Source: Bacteroidales bacterium
Lineage (GTDB): Bacteria > Bacteroidota > Bacteroidia > Bacteroidales > GCA-2748055
Assembly (NCBI GenBank): GCA_018400695.1
Contig: JAGYMF010000002.1
Location: 1-44,905, forward strand
Length of the DNA: 44,905 nt
Reading direction: 5' to 3'
This document shows, one piece after another, positions 1 through 8,999 of the stretch. The number at the start of each line of letters is the position of its first letter. The first letter of the stretch is position 1. The notes beneath the pieces were generated by a model. That model did not search any database. It was not told the DNA's origin and saw only the letters and a program-made list of their open reading frames with translations. A program made the position numbers and the translations under genes.

Positions 1-2
1 AC

Positions 3-179
3 CAGGCCATGTATGAACGTACCATTGAAGCGTACAGCAAGCATCCCGAACTTCTCAATACCATCTATGATGAGGTGCTTATGAAGCTGCAACTGCAACA
101 GGATCAGGTCGATCAGGAGAGTGCGGACAAACAGAATGCAAAGCTTAAACCCGGGAGTCCAAGAGGAACCGTCAAATAA
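3..179 (+). CDS. 3' end of an unidentified CDS, truncated by the window edge
   Basis: Frame 3 is open from the window edge to TAA at 177-179 (QAMYERTIEAYSKHPELLNTIYDEVLMKLQLQQDQVDQESADKQNAKLKPGSPRGTVK*). I recognise no family motif. Confidence 0.3.
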   Translation, partial: QAMYERTIEAYSKHPELLNTIYDEVLMKLQLQQDQVDQESADKQNAKLKPGSPRGTVK

Positions 180-209
180 CTGAAAGCTGGATCAGCCGTT
201 GCCGGAACT

Positions 210-842
210 TTAACTGGAAATAGCAGATAAAACAAACAGCAGCAGGAGCAGAACCGTTACAAGAAATCCAATTCCGAATCCGGCCAGCACCTCCCCTGGG
301 GTATGCTGCATCAGTAACAACCGGGAAGTACCCAGGAGCCCGGCCGACAATGCCACTAAAATAAAAACAACTTGAAGTGCCGCACCGTAAACAAGAATCA
401 ATACCAGTACCGCACCAAGTAAAAATCCAATGCCCAGCATGTGGATACTGGGATTCAGGACCCTGCTGAATGCCAGTGCGGCAAGAAGTGCCACAGGAGG
501 ACAGGATAGAAACAAAATATGAACGGGCGACAACTGCGGGATCTTGCGCATAACGAACAATAGTATCAGGTAAATGATCACTGTCAGCGCAGCTGGAAGA
601 ATGCGGTCTTTCCACTCATGCAGTTCTGCGTTATCAATCACCCTTGAAAGGTAAAGCAAAATGATCATTGAGGCTGGAAAAACAAAGGTAAACAACACAG
701 TAACAACTACTGAAACACGTTTTACCTCTGGTTGAAGTACGGAGAGAGAGGTGCCTGAATTTAGAAGGATGACCATACCCAGGGTCGTCATGATCAGGGG
801 ATGAAATAAAAAAGAAAAGGCTCTCGCCACTATTTTTTCCAT
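210..842 (-). CDS. Polytopic membrane protein, possibly PAP2-superfamily phosphatase-like
   Basis: ATG start, 210 aa, about 6 hydrophobic segments. PSIH and SRLLLMQHTPGE resemble PAP2 motifs C2 (PSGH) and C3 (SRxxxxxHxxxD, here ending in E). It starts 10 nt downstream of rpoN on the same strand. Confidence 0.5.
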   Translation of the reverse strand: MEKIVARAFSFLFHPLIMTTLGMVILLNSGTSLSVLQPEVKRVSVVVTVLFTFVFPASMIILLYLSRVIDNAELHEWKDRILPAALTVIIYLILLFVMRKIPQLSPVHILFLSCPPVALLAALAFSRVLNPSIHMLGIGFLLGAVLVLILVYGAALQVVFILVALSAGLLGTSRLLLMQHTPGEVLAGFGIGFLVTVLLLLLFVLSAISS

Positions 843-852
843 GGATGCGTCA

Positions 853-2298
853 TTATAGTTCCTTTCTCAGTCGCGCTACCGGAAGGTTTAACTGCTCACG
901 GTATTTGGCTACAGTGCGTCTCGCAATGTGGTAACCCTTTTCCTGAAGAATGACCGCCAGTTTATCATCTGTCAGTGGCCTGCGCTTATCTTCGCCTATG
1001 ATACACTCATGCAATATCTTTTTGATCTCCCTGGTCGAAACCTCTTCGCCACTCTCTGTCTGTAGTCCTTCAGAGAAAAAATATTTCAGGGGATAGATCC
1101 CAAAATGGGTCTGAATATACTTGCTGTTCACAACCCTGGAGATCGTGGAGATGTCCAGCCCGGTCATATCCGCTATGTCCTTCAGTATCATCGGGCGCAG
1201 CAGAACCTCTTCGCCATCGGAAAAATATTTTTCCTGGTATTTTATGATCGCTTCTGCTGTAATCAACAGGGTGTTCTGGCGCTGCCTGATGGCATCAATA
1301 AACCATTTCGCCGAATCAAGCTTCTGTTTAACAAAGGTTACCGCATCTTTTTCATCCCTGGATGCACTCTTTTTATTGGCCTGATAAGATTCCAGCATCT
1401 CTGTATAGGTCCTGCTCAGTCGTAATTCAGGGACATTGGAAGCGTTCAGGGACAACTCAAGTTCACCATTGTTGACCTCAAGAATGAAATCAGGAACAAT
1501 CTGATGAAAGTCCCTGCTCTGTGTCTCCCCATATGAACCCCCCGGTTTTGGATTCAGCCTGACGATAACCGCCAGGGCCTCTTTCAGCTGTTGTTCAGTA
1601 ATGGACAAGCGCTGTATGATCTTATCGTAATGCTTATTGGTGAACTCCGCAAAATGATGTTTCAAAATCTTGTAAGCCACCTCATCCCCTGTCGTATCCA
1701 GACCATTACGTGAAAGCTGTAACATCAGGCATTCCTGCAAACTCCTGGCCCCCACTCCGGCCGGATCAAAATCCTGGATAATCATCAGTACCCCATGCAG
1801 TTGCTCATAGGTTGTCTCCATGCCAAAAGTAAAAGCCAGATCATCTGCAATCGCTTCGAGTTCTCTTCTCAGGTAACCATCATCATCGATATTTCCGATA
1901 ATATATTCACCCAGGAGCTCTTGCTCCTCATCCAGCTTGCGTAATCCCATCTGGCTACTCAAATGCTCCCTGAAAGAACTTCCGCCCGAAAATGGAATCT
2001 CTTCATGCTTGTCATCCCTGGAATAATTTTGGGTATTCAGGCGATAAGAGGGAATATCATCATCGTCCATATAGTCTTCGAGAGAAAATTCCTCCTGCTC
2101 CCTTGTGTCATCTATCACTTCCTGTTCATCCTGCTCTGCCGGCTCTTCTGTACCCTCCTCCAATACAGGATTCTCCTCCAGCTCCTTCTTTATCCTCTGC
2201 TCCAGCTGTATTGCCGGAATCTCCAGCAACTTAATCATCTGGATCTGTTGCGGAGACAGCTTTTGAAGAAGTTTTTGCTGGAGTCGTTGCTTTAACAT
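853..2298 (-). CDS. rpoN: RNA polymerase sigma-54 factor
   Basis: 481 aa. It has a Gln/Leu-rich N-terminus (MLKQRLQQKLLQKLSPQQIQMIKLLE), an acidic region, and a C-terminal RpoN box (ARRTVAKYREQLNLP). Confidence 0.95.
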   Translation of the reverse strand: MLKQRLQQKLLQKLSPQQIQMIKLLEIPAIQLEQRIKKELEENPVLEEGTEEPAEQDEQEVIDDTREQEEFSLEDYMDDDDIPSYRLNTQNYSRDDKHEEIPFSGGSSFREHLSSQMGLRKLDEEQELLGEYIIGNIDDDGYLRRELEAIADDLAFTFGMETTYEQLHGVLMIIQDFDPAGVGARSLQECLMLQLSRNGLDTTGDEVAYKILKHHFAEFTNKHYDKIIQRLSITEQQLKEALAVIVRLNPKPGGSYGETQSRDFHQIVPDFILEVNNGELELSLNASNVPELRLSRTYTEMLESYQANKKSASRDEKDAVTFVKQKLDSAKWFIDAIRQRQNTLLITAEAIIKYQEKYFSDGEEVLLRPMILKDIADMTGLDISTISRVVNSKYIQTHFGIYPLKYFFSEGLQTESGEEVSTREIKKILHECIIGEDKRRPLTDDKLAVILQEKGYHIARRTVAKYREQLNLPVARLRKEL

Positions 2299-2309
2299 CT
2301 CATTCTGTT

Positions 2310-3698
2310 TTAAAACTCAGCATTCTTCGGTGTTCGGGGAAATGGTATCACATCCCTGATATTGCTCATTCCGGTAACAAACATCAGCAACCGTTCAAAA
2401 CCAAGTCCGAACCCACTGTGTTCCACCGTACCAAATTTGCGGGTCTCAAGGTACCACCACAATTCATCCTCCGGAATATTCATCTCCCGCATTCTGTTCA
2501 CCAACTTGTCATAATCCTCCTCACGCTGGGATCCGCCAATGATCTCTCCGATCTTGGGAAAGAGAACGTCCATCGCCCTTACCGTCTTTCCTCCCTCATT
2601 CTGTTTCATATAAAATGATTTTATCTCAGCGGGGTAATCTGTTAAGATCACTGGCCGCCTGAAAGCAACCTCCACAAGGTAACGCTCGTGTTCTGCCTGC
2701 AGGTCATTGCCCCATTGAACCGGGAATTCAAACTTGTGACCGGAAGCCATCAGTACATCTACAGCTTCGGTATATGATTTCCTCACAAATGTGTTTTCTA
2801 CGATAAAATTCAATCTCTCCAGGAGCTCCTTATCGATCATCCTGTTCAGAAAATCCAGGTCGTCTGCACAATGTTCAAGTGCATATTTCACCAGGTATTT
2901 TAGAAAATCTTCTGCCAGGTCCATGTTATCATAGATATCATAAAAGGCCATTTCCGGTTCGATCATCCAGAATTCAGCAACGTGACGCGGAGTATTTGAA
3001 TTCTCCGCCCTGAATGTCGGCCCGAAGGTATAGATAGAGGAAAGTGCCAAGGCCCCTAATTCGCCTTCCAGTTGACCGGAAACAGTAAGGTTGGTGGACC
3101 TGCCAAAAAAATCCCGGCTGAAATCCAGCTGCTGTGCTTCATCCCTGGGAAGATTGTTCAGATCCAGGGTCGTTACACGGAACATTGCACCCGCTCCTTC
3201 AGCATCGGATGCTGTGATAATGGGGGTGTGCAGGTAATAAAAACCCTTGTCGTTAAAATACTGATGTATCGCAAACGAGAGTGCATGCCTGATCCTGAAC
3301 ACTGCACCAAAGGTGTTGGTTCTGAAACGGAGATGTGCTATTTCACGCAAAAACTCGAATGAATGCCCCTTCTTCTGAAGAGGATATACTTCCGGGTCAC
3401 AACCTCCGAGAAGCGAAATCTGATCCGCGTGAATCTCAACATTCTGTCCTTTCCCCGGCGATTCGACCAGGATACCCCGAACCGCAACAGAGCTTCCGGT
3501 AGTGATGTTTTTCACCAACTCTTCAGAAAACTTTTCAGCCTCGGCCACCACCTGAATATTGTGAATGGAGGTTCCATCATTTACTGCAATAAATGCCACC
3601 TGCCTGTTTCCTCTTTTTGTACGTACCCAACCCTTGAGCAAAACCTCCTTATTGAGCCTGTCTCCAGCAATTAACTCTTTAACTGTTGTTCGTGTCAT
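2310..3698 (-). CDS. asnS: Asparagine--tRNA ligase
   Basis: Class II aaRS motifs are present ([23 protein letters not shown]) with an OB-fold N-terminus ([22 protein letters not shown]). The ORF-track start at 3743 is a TTG. I prefer the first ATG at 3698 (MTRTTVKEL), which gives a typical length of about 462 aa and leaves a -7-like box upstream. Confidence 0.92.
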   Translation of the reverse strand: MTRTTVKELIAGDRLNKEVLLKGWVRTKRGNRQVAFIAVNDGTSIHNIQVVAEAEKFSEELVKNITTGSSVAVRGILVESPGKGQNVEIHADQISLLGGCDPEVYPLQKKGHSFEFLREIAHLRFRTNTFGAVFRIRHALSFAIHQYFNDKGFYYLHTPIITASDAEGAGAMFRVTTLDLNNLPRDEAQQLDFSRDFFGRSTNLTVSGQLEGELGALALSSIYTFGPTFRAENSNTPRHVAEFWMIEPEMAFYDIYDNMDLAEDFLKYLVKYALEHCADDLDFLNRMIDKELLERLNFIVENTFVRKSYTEAVDVLMASGHKFEFPVQWGNDLQAEHERYLVEVAFRRPVILTDYPAEIKSFYMKQNEGGKTVRAMDVLFPKIGEIIGGSQREEDYDKLVNRMREMNIPEDELWWYLETRKFGTVEHSGFGLGFERLLMFVTGMSNIRDVIPFPRTPKNAEF

Positions 3699-3740
3699 CT
3701 GTAACTGATTTGATGATCGGGAAAAATCCCCAATCCTTTT

Positions 3741-3756
3741 CAAAAATACAAAAATA
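3741..3756 (-). promoter_or_regulatory. Two tandem Bacteroidota -7-like boxes (TATTTTTG x2 on the minus strand) upstream of asnS
   Basis: The plus strand reads CAAAAATACAAAAATA, which is TAnnTTTG twice on the minus strand, 43-58 nt upstream of the ATG at 3698. I found no convincing -33 TTTG at canonical spacing. Confidence 0.3.
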
Positions 3757-3840
3757 AGATTTTTAAAACTGAATCAGCATATCAGCAAAGATAATACCAC
3801 ACATATACTAACTATCTGCAAATTATCGTTTTTAATCTGC

Positions 3841-3864
3841 ATTCCTTTACATTGTGAAAGGAAT
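3841..3864. repeat. Perfect 8-bp inverted repeat ATTCCTTT-N8-AAAGGAAT in the asnS/usp divergent intergenic region
   Basis: Read directly from the sequence. It lies 28 nt upstream of the ATG at 3892 and could be an operator or a 5'-UTR hairpin. Confidence 0.5.
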
Positions 3865-3891
3865 ACTTTAATTTTACAATCTTAAATAGAT

Positions 3892-4746
3892 ATGATCATA
3901 AAAATGAGTGAGGAAAAAAAGAAGATACTGGTTACATGGGATTTTTCTCAGGCCGCCATCAACGCACTGAAGCATGCTGTTAAGATAGGAAAGATCGTAG
4001 ACAATGATGTGGCCCTGTTTCACGTGACAACCGATATTGCACAAACAGATGAAGCGGAAAAGAAGCTGAAAGAGGCCAGTGCTGTACATTCCAGCGATCT
4101 GGATCATGATATATCATACATCCTGAAGAATGGATCGATCTTTGATGAGATATCCGATTATGCTTCCAATGAGAATAACCTTGTGAATTTTGCTATTCTC
4201 GGCACCCATGGTATCAAGGGAAGTCAGAAACTTTTCGGCAGCAAAGCCCTCCGGGTGATTAACGGGTCAACGGTGCCCTTTATGGTGGTACAGAATGAAC
4301 CGCGTGAAAAAGAACGGTTCACAGATATTGTGTTCCCCATAGATTTCAAATCAGAAAACAAGGAAAAATTACAATGGGCGATCTTCCTGGGAAAATACCT
4401 CAATTCAAAGGTCCATCTTTTCAAAGTGCCTTCACGCGATAAGTCCCTGACAAAAAAAGTGAATGTAAACCTCAATTTTGCCATCAGGTTTCTTATTCAA
4501 AACAATATCGAATATGAGATCCACTCAGCTGCCGAAGGCAAAAGTTTTATGAAAGAAACCCTTGCTTTCAGCAAAAGTGTGGATGCCGACCTGATCCTGA
4601 TCACAACAACAAAGCACATGACGCTTCTTGACCTTATCTTCAGTGCAAAGGAACAGTACCTGATCGCCAATGATGCCGGTATTCCGGTGATGTGCGTAAC
4701 CCCCAGGGCCAGCTTTGCCAAAGTCAGTCAGTTCATGTATGGATAG
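3892..4746 (+). CDS. Universal stress protein family protein (tandem USP domains)
   Basis: 284 aa. KKILVTWDFSQAAINALKHAV and a second half with DIVFPIDFKSENKEKLQWAI fit a two-USP-domain layout. An alternative start is the ATG at 3904. Confidence 0.65.
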   Translation: MIIKMSEEKKKILVTWDFSQAAINALKHAVKIGKIVDNDVALFHVTTDIAQTDEAEKKLKEASAVHSSDLDHDISYILKNGSIFDEISDYASNENNLVNFAILGTHGIKGSQKLFGSKALRVINGSTVPFMVVQNEPREKERFTDIVFPIDFKSENKEKLQWAIFLGKYLNSKVHLFKVPSRDKSLTKKVNVNLNFAIRFLIQNNIEYEIHSAAEGKSFMKETLAFSKSVDADLILITTTKHMTLLDLIFSAKEQYLIANDAGIPVMCVTPRASFAKVSQFMYG

Positions 4747-4776
4747 GTTCTTCACATGCTCAAAATATAAATTCCC

Positions 4777-5709
4777 GTGTCTATTAATGTAAAAAATATT
4801 TCCAGGCGCTTCGGTGAACAATGGGCCGTCAAGGATGTATCTTTCACGGTCGGTTCAGGTGAAATAGTAGGTTTTATTGGTCCGAACGGAGCCGGTAAAT
4901 CAACGACTATGAAGATCATTACCGGATTCCTGGCACCCAGTGCGGGAGAGGTACTGGTTAATGACTTGAATACCAGGGAGCATCCCATGGAGATAAAAAA
5001 GATCATCGGGTACCTTCCTGAGAATAATCCGCTTTACCAGGAAATGTACGTGACAGAATACCTGAAGTATGTAGCAGGACTGTATGGTATCCGGGGAGAA
5101 AAAGCGGACCGGAGGGTTGAAGATATCATAGAACATGTGGGGCTCCTTGATGAGCGGCATAAAAAGATTGAAAAACTCTCGAAAGGATACAGGCAAAGGG
5201 TCGGGTTGAGCCAGGCCCTGATCCATGATCCGGAAATTCTTATCCTGGATGAACCTACCTCAGGACTGGATCCTAACCAGATCGTCGGTATCCGTAACCT
5301 GATCTCCACCATGGGTGAGAAAAAAACAATCATCCTCTCAACACATATCATGCAGGAGGTGGAGGCAATCTGCGACAGGGTGATTATTATCGATCAGGGA
5401 AAGATAAAAGCAGACGAGGCTGCAGGTGATATCAGTAAAAAACAACATTCCGGTCAGACGATACAGGTGGAACTGGAAACTCATTTCCCGGCAGAAAAAT
5501 GGAAAATACTGGAAAATATTTCCGGGGTGATCGAACTTCCCGGGAATATCTACCTGCTGGCCACCGAAAAGCAAAAAGATATCCGATCCTCTGTATTCAG
5601 ATTTGCGGTGGAGAACAACCTGACTGTGCTATCTATGCATCTGAAAGAAAAAAGCCTTGAGGCTGTCTTCCGTGAACTTACAGGGGGCAATGGTTCCCTG
5701 AACCAGTAA
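4777..5709 (+). CDS. gldA: ABC transporter ATP-binding protein, GldA-like (gliding-motility-associated ABC ATPase)
   Basis: GTG start. Walker A is GPNGAGKST, the signature is LSKGYRQRVGL, and Walker B is ILILDEPTSGLD. STHIMQEVEAICDRVIII and the MSINVKNISRRFG N-terminus closely match my recollection of Flavobacterium GldA. Confidence 0.7.
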   Translation: MSINVKNISRRFGEQWAVKDVSFTVGSGEIVGFIGPNGAGKSTTMKIITGFLAPSAGEVLVNDLNTREHPMEIKKIIGYLPENNPLYQEMYVTEYLKYVAGLYGIRGEKADRRVEDIIEHVGLLDERHKKIEKLSKGYRQRVGLSQALIHDPEILILDEPTSGLDPNQIVGIRNLISTMGEKKTIILSTHIMQEVEAICDRVIIIDQGKIKADEAAGDISKKQHSGQTIQVELETHFPAEKWKILENISGVIELPGNIYLLATEKQKDIRSSVFRFAVENNLTVLSMHLKEKSLEAVFRELTGGNGSLNQ

Positions 5710-5776
5710 TACCAAGCCCCATTCTCCCTTTCTCATTTATAGGTAGTTGGGTTTTCCCAAACCATTTGGCATTGTA

Positions 5777-5808
5777 TTTGTAAACATATAGATATATTTA
5801 TATATTTG
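5777..5808 (+). promoter_or_regulatory. Candidate Bacteroidota sigma-A promoter (-33 TTTG / -7 TATATTTG)
   Basis: TTTG at 5777-5780 and TATATTTG at 5801-5808 are separated by 20 nt, 32 nt upstream of the ATG at 5840. Confidence 0.4.
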
Positions 5809-5839
5809 TCGATTCAAAAAAATTAAACCATGTAAACCT

Positions 5840-6826
5840 ATGAAGAAAAGAGTATTAATAAGTTTAGTAGTACTGGCTCTGGCAGGGGTTTCAATATTCG
5901 CGCAAACAACACTGACAGATGTAATCAATGAATTCAATGCAGGTGTTGAAAGTTTAAACGATCAGGCCTACGAACCAGCCCTTACTCAGTTTAACAAATC
6001 CCTTGAACTGTGCGAAGCGGTTGGAGAAGAATCTGACGATATGAAGAAAAAAGCACAGGAGCAGATAGTTGGCACCCATTACAGACAGGCCATTACGCTG
6101 ATGAAAAGAAAGCAATATGACAAAGCATTGCCTTCCCTCGAAAATACGGTGAAATATGCGAAAGAATATGAAGTAAAACCGGAATATGCGCAAAATGCCA
6201 TAAAATATCTTCCATCCCTGTACCTCAGGGAAGGAAATGTACTCCGGATGCAGGAAAAATATGATGAGGCTATAGACATATTCGACAAAGCCCTTGAATT
6301 GCAACCCACACTGTATAAAGCACATCAGGGAAAAGGGATGGTTTATAAAGACATCAACAATACCGACATGATGCTGGAGGAATTTGCCATCGCCAGGCAA
6401 AAAGCAGTTCAGAAAAATGACCAGGAGGTAATCAATGATATCAATGCAGCCATTAACGGGCACTTCAGGGTGCTCATTGATGAGGAGCTAATAATGATGG
6501 ACCCGGAAGATCCTGATTTTACTTTCCTGCTGGACATCTGTGATGAAGCGATTCAGGCCAACGACCAAAATTCTTATGCGTATTGGCAGGCTGCTACAGC
6601 ACTAAATAAAATGGTGGAATATGATAAAGCCATTGAATATGCAGAAAAAGCCGTGGCTTATGAAACAGACCCCGTGCTGTTATCTGCCCTGAATTACGAA
6701 TTGGGAATGGCATACTATAATACAGTCAGGTACGAAGATGCCTGTCAGGCCTTCAACAAGGTTACAGAAGAGCCTTTCCTCGGAAAAGCTGAAAAGAAAA
6801 TGAGTGCAACTCCAAACTGCATCTAA
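5840..6826 (+). CDS. Secreted tetratricopeptide-repeat (TPR) protein
   Basis: The N-terminal signal peptide is MKKRVLISLVVLALAGVSIFAQ. Repeated TPR-like units are present (YDEAIDIFDKALELQP, YDKAIEYAEKAVAYE, YEDACQAFNKV). Confidence 0.7.
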   Translation: MKKRVLISLVVLALAGVSIFAQTTLTDVINEFNAGVESLNDQAYEPALTQFNKSLELCEAVGEESDDMKKKAQEQIVGTHYRQAITLMKRKQYDKALPSLENTVKYAKEYEVKPEYAQNAIKYLPSLYLREGNVLRMQEKYDEAIDIFDKALELQPTLYKAHQGKGMVYKDINNTDMMLEEFAIARQKAVQKNDQEVINDINAAINGHFRVLIDEELIMMDPEDPDFTFLLDICDEAIQANDQNSYAYWQAATALNKMVEYDKAIEYAEKAVAYETDPVLLSALNYELGMAYYNTVRYEDACQAFNKVTEEPFLGKAEKKMSATPNCI

Positions 6827-6850
6827 AATAACAGACCTGAATACCATGAA

Positions 6851-6880
6851 AGCAGCGATAATATTTCGCTGTTTTTTTTT
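6851..6880 (+). terminator. Rho-independent terminator after the TPR gene
   Basis: Stem CAGCGA (6853-6858) pairs with TCGCTG (6866-6871) around loop TAATATT, followed by a run of nine T (6872-6880). Confidence 0.75.
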
Positions 6881-6920
6881 GGAATCAATTTAAATAATCA
6901 TTTTCTTTGTGCGTCGAGAT

Positions 6921-6970
6921 AAGTGGAAGGATTTGGCTGATTGCAACCACGGAAAAAAATTGCTAAAACA
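6921..6970 (+). promoter_or_regulatory. Candidate SAM-II-class riboswitch (H-type pseudoknot) in the metK leader
   Basis: GUGG (6923-6926) pairs with CCAC (6947-6950). Loop UUUGGC (6932-6937) can pair with the 3' tail GCUAAA (6962-6967), which follows an A-run (GGAAAAAAAUUGCUAAAACA). This resembles the conserved A-rich/GCUAAAA 3' strand of SAM-II as I remember it. It sits about 70 nt upstream of the metK ATG. Confidence 0.4.
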
Positions 6971-7041
6971 GTGTCTTTGTCCCGACAGCATTGCCCTTCC
7001 CCGCCACTTACCGCAGTGATTGTATAACAAATATTTGAACC

Positions 7042-8298
7042 ATGTCATATCTATTTACTTCAGAATCCGTATCCGAAGGACATCCGGATAAGATCGCAGA
7101 CCAGATATCTGATGCGCTGCTGGACGAATTTCTTGCTTTTGATCCACAATCCAAAGTAGCCTGTGAGACGCTTGTAACGACAGGACAAGTGGTCCTGGCT
7201 GGTGAAGTACATACCAATACCTATATCGACGTTCAAAAAGTAGCACGTGATGTGATCTGTCAGATTGGATATACAAAAAGTGCTTACCAATTCGAATGCA
7301 ACAGCTGCGGTATCATGTCGGTCATCCATGAACAATCACCCGATATCAACCGGGGAGTTGAGCGCAAGAACCCGATGGAGCAAGGTGCAGGCGACCAGGG
7401 AATGATGTTCGGATATGCCACCAACGAAACGGACAATTATATGCCCCTTGCCCTGGACCTGAGCCACAGGTTGCTGGAAAGCCTGGCAGAAATACGCCGG
7501 GAAGGAACAGTAATGACCTACCTTCGTCCGGATTCTAAATCACAGGTAACGATTGAATACAGCGATGACAATACTCCACTGAGGGTCCATACCATTGTCG
7601 TCTCTACCCAGCATGATGAATTTGACACTGATGATGAACGCATGCTGCTTAAGATAAAAAAAGATGTAAAAGAAATTCTGATCCCCCGCGTGAAGGCAAC
7701 ACTGCCCGACAGAATCCGTGACCTTATTGATGACCATTATATCCTTCATGTAAATCCTACTGGTAAGTTTGTGATCGGCGGTCCACACGGAGATACCGGG
7801 CTTACTGGTCGGAAAATCATCGTCGACACGTATGGTGGAAAAGGCGCACACGGTGGTGGCGCTTTTTCAGGAAAAGACCCATCCAAAGTAGACCGCTCAG
7901 CAGCCTATGCAGCACGACACATCGCAAAGAACATGGTCGCAGCTGGTGTTGCCGATGAATTGCTTGTACAACTCTCCTATGCCATCGGTGTAGCCAGACC
8001 CATGGGTGTTTATGTTAATACATACGGATCTTCGAAAGTTGGCATCTCCGACAGCGAAATCGCAAATAAGATCCAGGAAATGTTTGACCTCAGACCCGCA
8101 GCCATCGAAAATGATTTAAAACTCAGAAATCCCATCTACCGTGAGACAGCGGCCTACGGACATATGGGCAGGAAACACGAAAAAGTAAAGAAAGTCTTCG
8201 AATCACAATACTGGGATACGCTGCAAATTGAGGTAGAACTGTTTACCTGGGAGGAACTGAACCGGGTAGAAGAAATTAAAAAAATATTTAACCTGTAA
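7042..8298 (+). CDS. metK: S-adenosylmethionine synthase (methionine adenosyltransferase)
   Basis: [33 protein letters not shown] and [19 protein letters not shown] are hallmark MetK motifs. Confidence 0.97.
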   Translation: MSYLFTSESVSEGHPDKIADQISDALLDEFLAFDPQSKVACETLVTTGQVVLAGEVHTNTYIDVQKVARDVICQIGYTKSAYQFECNSCGIMSVIHEQSPDINRGVERKNPMEQGAGDQGMMFGYATNETDNYMPLALDLSHRLLESLAEIRREGTVMTYLRPDSKSQVTIEYSDDNTPLRVHTIVVSTQHDEFDTDDERMLLKIKKDVKEILIPRVKATLPDRIRDLIDDHYILHVNPTGKFVIGGPHGDTGLTGRKIIVDTYGGKGAHGGGAFSGKDPSKVDRSAAYAARHIAKNMVAAGVADELLVQLSYAIGVARPMGVYVNTYGSSKVGISDSEIANKIQEMFDLRPAAIENDLKLRNPIYRETAAYGHMGRKHEKVKKVFESQYWDTLQIEVELFTWEELNRVEEIKKIFNL

Positions 8299-8309
8299 TA
8301 CCAATTCAT

Positions 8310-8906
8310 ATGTTTTCAGGAATTGTAGAAGAAACCGCAAGGGTTGTTGCACTGGAAAAAGAGAAGGACAACCTGCATATCACGCTGGAATGTTCGTTTG
8401 TTAATGAACTAAAAATTGATCAAAGTATATCACATAACGGGGTCTGCCTTACCGTAGTAGATATCCGGGGAAATAGCTACGTCGTAACTGCCATACAGGA
8501 AACCCTGGTAAAATCAAACCTGGGTATGCTGAAAGTGGGCGATAAGGTAAATTTGGAGAGAAGTACAAAGCTCGACGGAAGACTTGACGGACACATGGTA
8601 CAGGGGCATGTTGACCTTACTGCTAAATGCACATCTGTTAAAGAAGCTGAAGGAAGCTGGTATTACGCCTTTGAGTATGAACCAAAAAACGAAGAACACC
8701 TGACCGTTGAAAAAGGTTCAGTATCAATCAATGGCGTTAGCCTCACCGTTGTCAATTCCAGGGAACGGTCATTCGAAGTTGCTATCATTCCCTATACCTA
8801 CGAAGCCACCAATTTTCATACCTTCGAACCAGGAACCGTGGTCAATATAGAGTTTGATATCATTGGCAAATACATTGCGAAAATTATAAAACAGATGCAG
8901 CAGTAA
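8310..8906 (+). CDS. ribE: Riboflavin synthase (alpha chain)
   Basis: MFSGIVEE N-terminus. The internal duplication shows SHNGVCLTV and SINGVSLTV, with GHMVQGHVD also present. It starts 12 nt after metK. Confidence 0.93.
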   Translation: MFSGIVEETARVVALEKEKDNLHITLECSFVNELKIDQSISHNGVCLTVVDIRGNSYVVTAIQETLVKSNLGMLKVGDKVNLERSTKLDGRLDGHMVQGHVDLTAKCTSVKEAEGSWYYAFEYEPKNEEHLTVEKGSVSINGVSLTVVNSRERSFEVAIIPYTYEATNFHTFEPGTVVNIEFDIIGKYIAKIIKQMQQ

Positions 8907-8999
8907 AAGCCGCCGGTACATATGTTCTAAAGAACCTTTTTCCCTGAAGGAATCTCGTGAACAACATTGTATCTTTAGTCTTCATCATTCCAACAAATC

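Noticed and set aside
172-615. 147-aa ORF in an alternative frame on the minus strand
   Set aside because: It overlaps the 210-842 membrane-protein ORF in a different frame. The 210-842 frame gives a coherent polytopic membrane protein, while this one is Cys/Ser/Gly-rich and not protein-like.
3699-3743. 15-codon N-terminal extension of asnS from a TTG start
   Set aside because: The extension ([15 protein letters not shown]) has no counterpart in the AsnS N-termini I know. It also overlaps the -7-like box at 3741-3748. The first ATG at 3698 gives a canonical N-terminus.
4777-5709. GldA-like ATPase without adjacent gldF/gldG permease genes
   Set aside because: I considered flagging it as an orphan. 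As I recall, gldA is encoded apart from gldF-gldG in Flavobacterium johnsoniae, so this is the expected arrangement.
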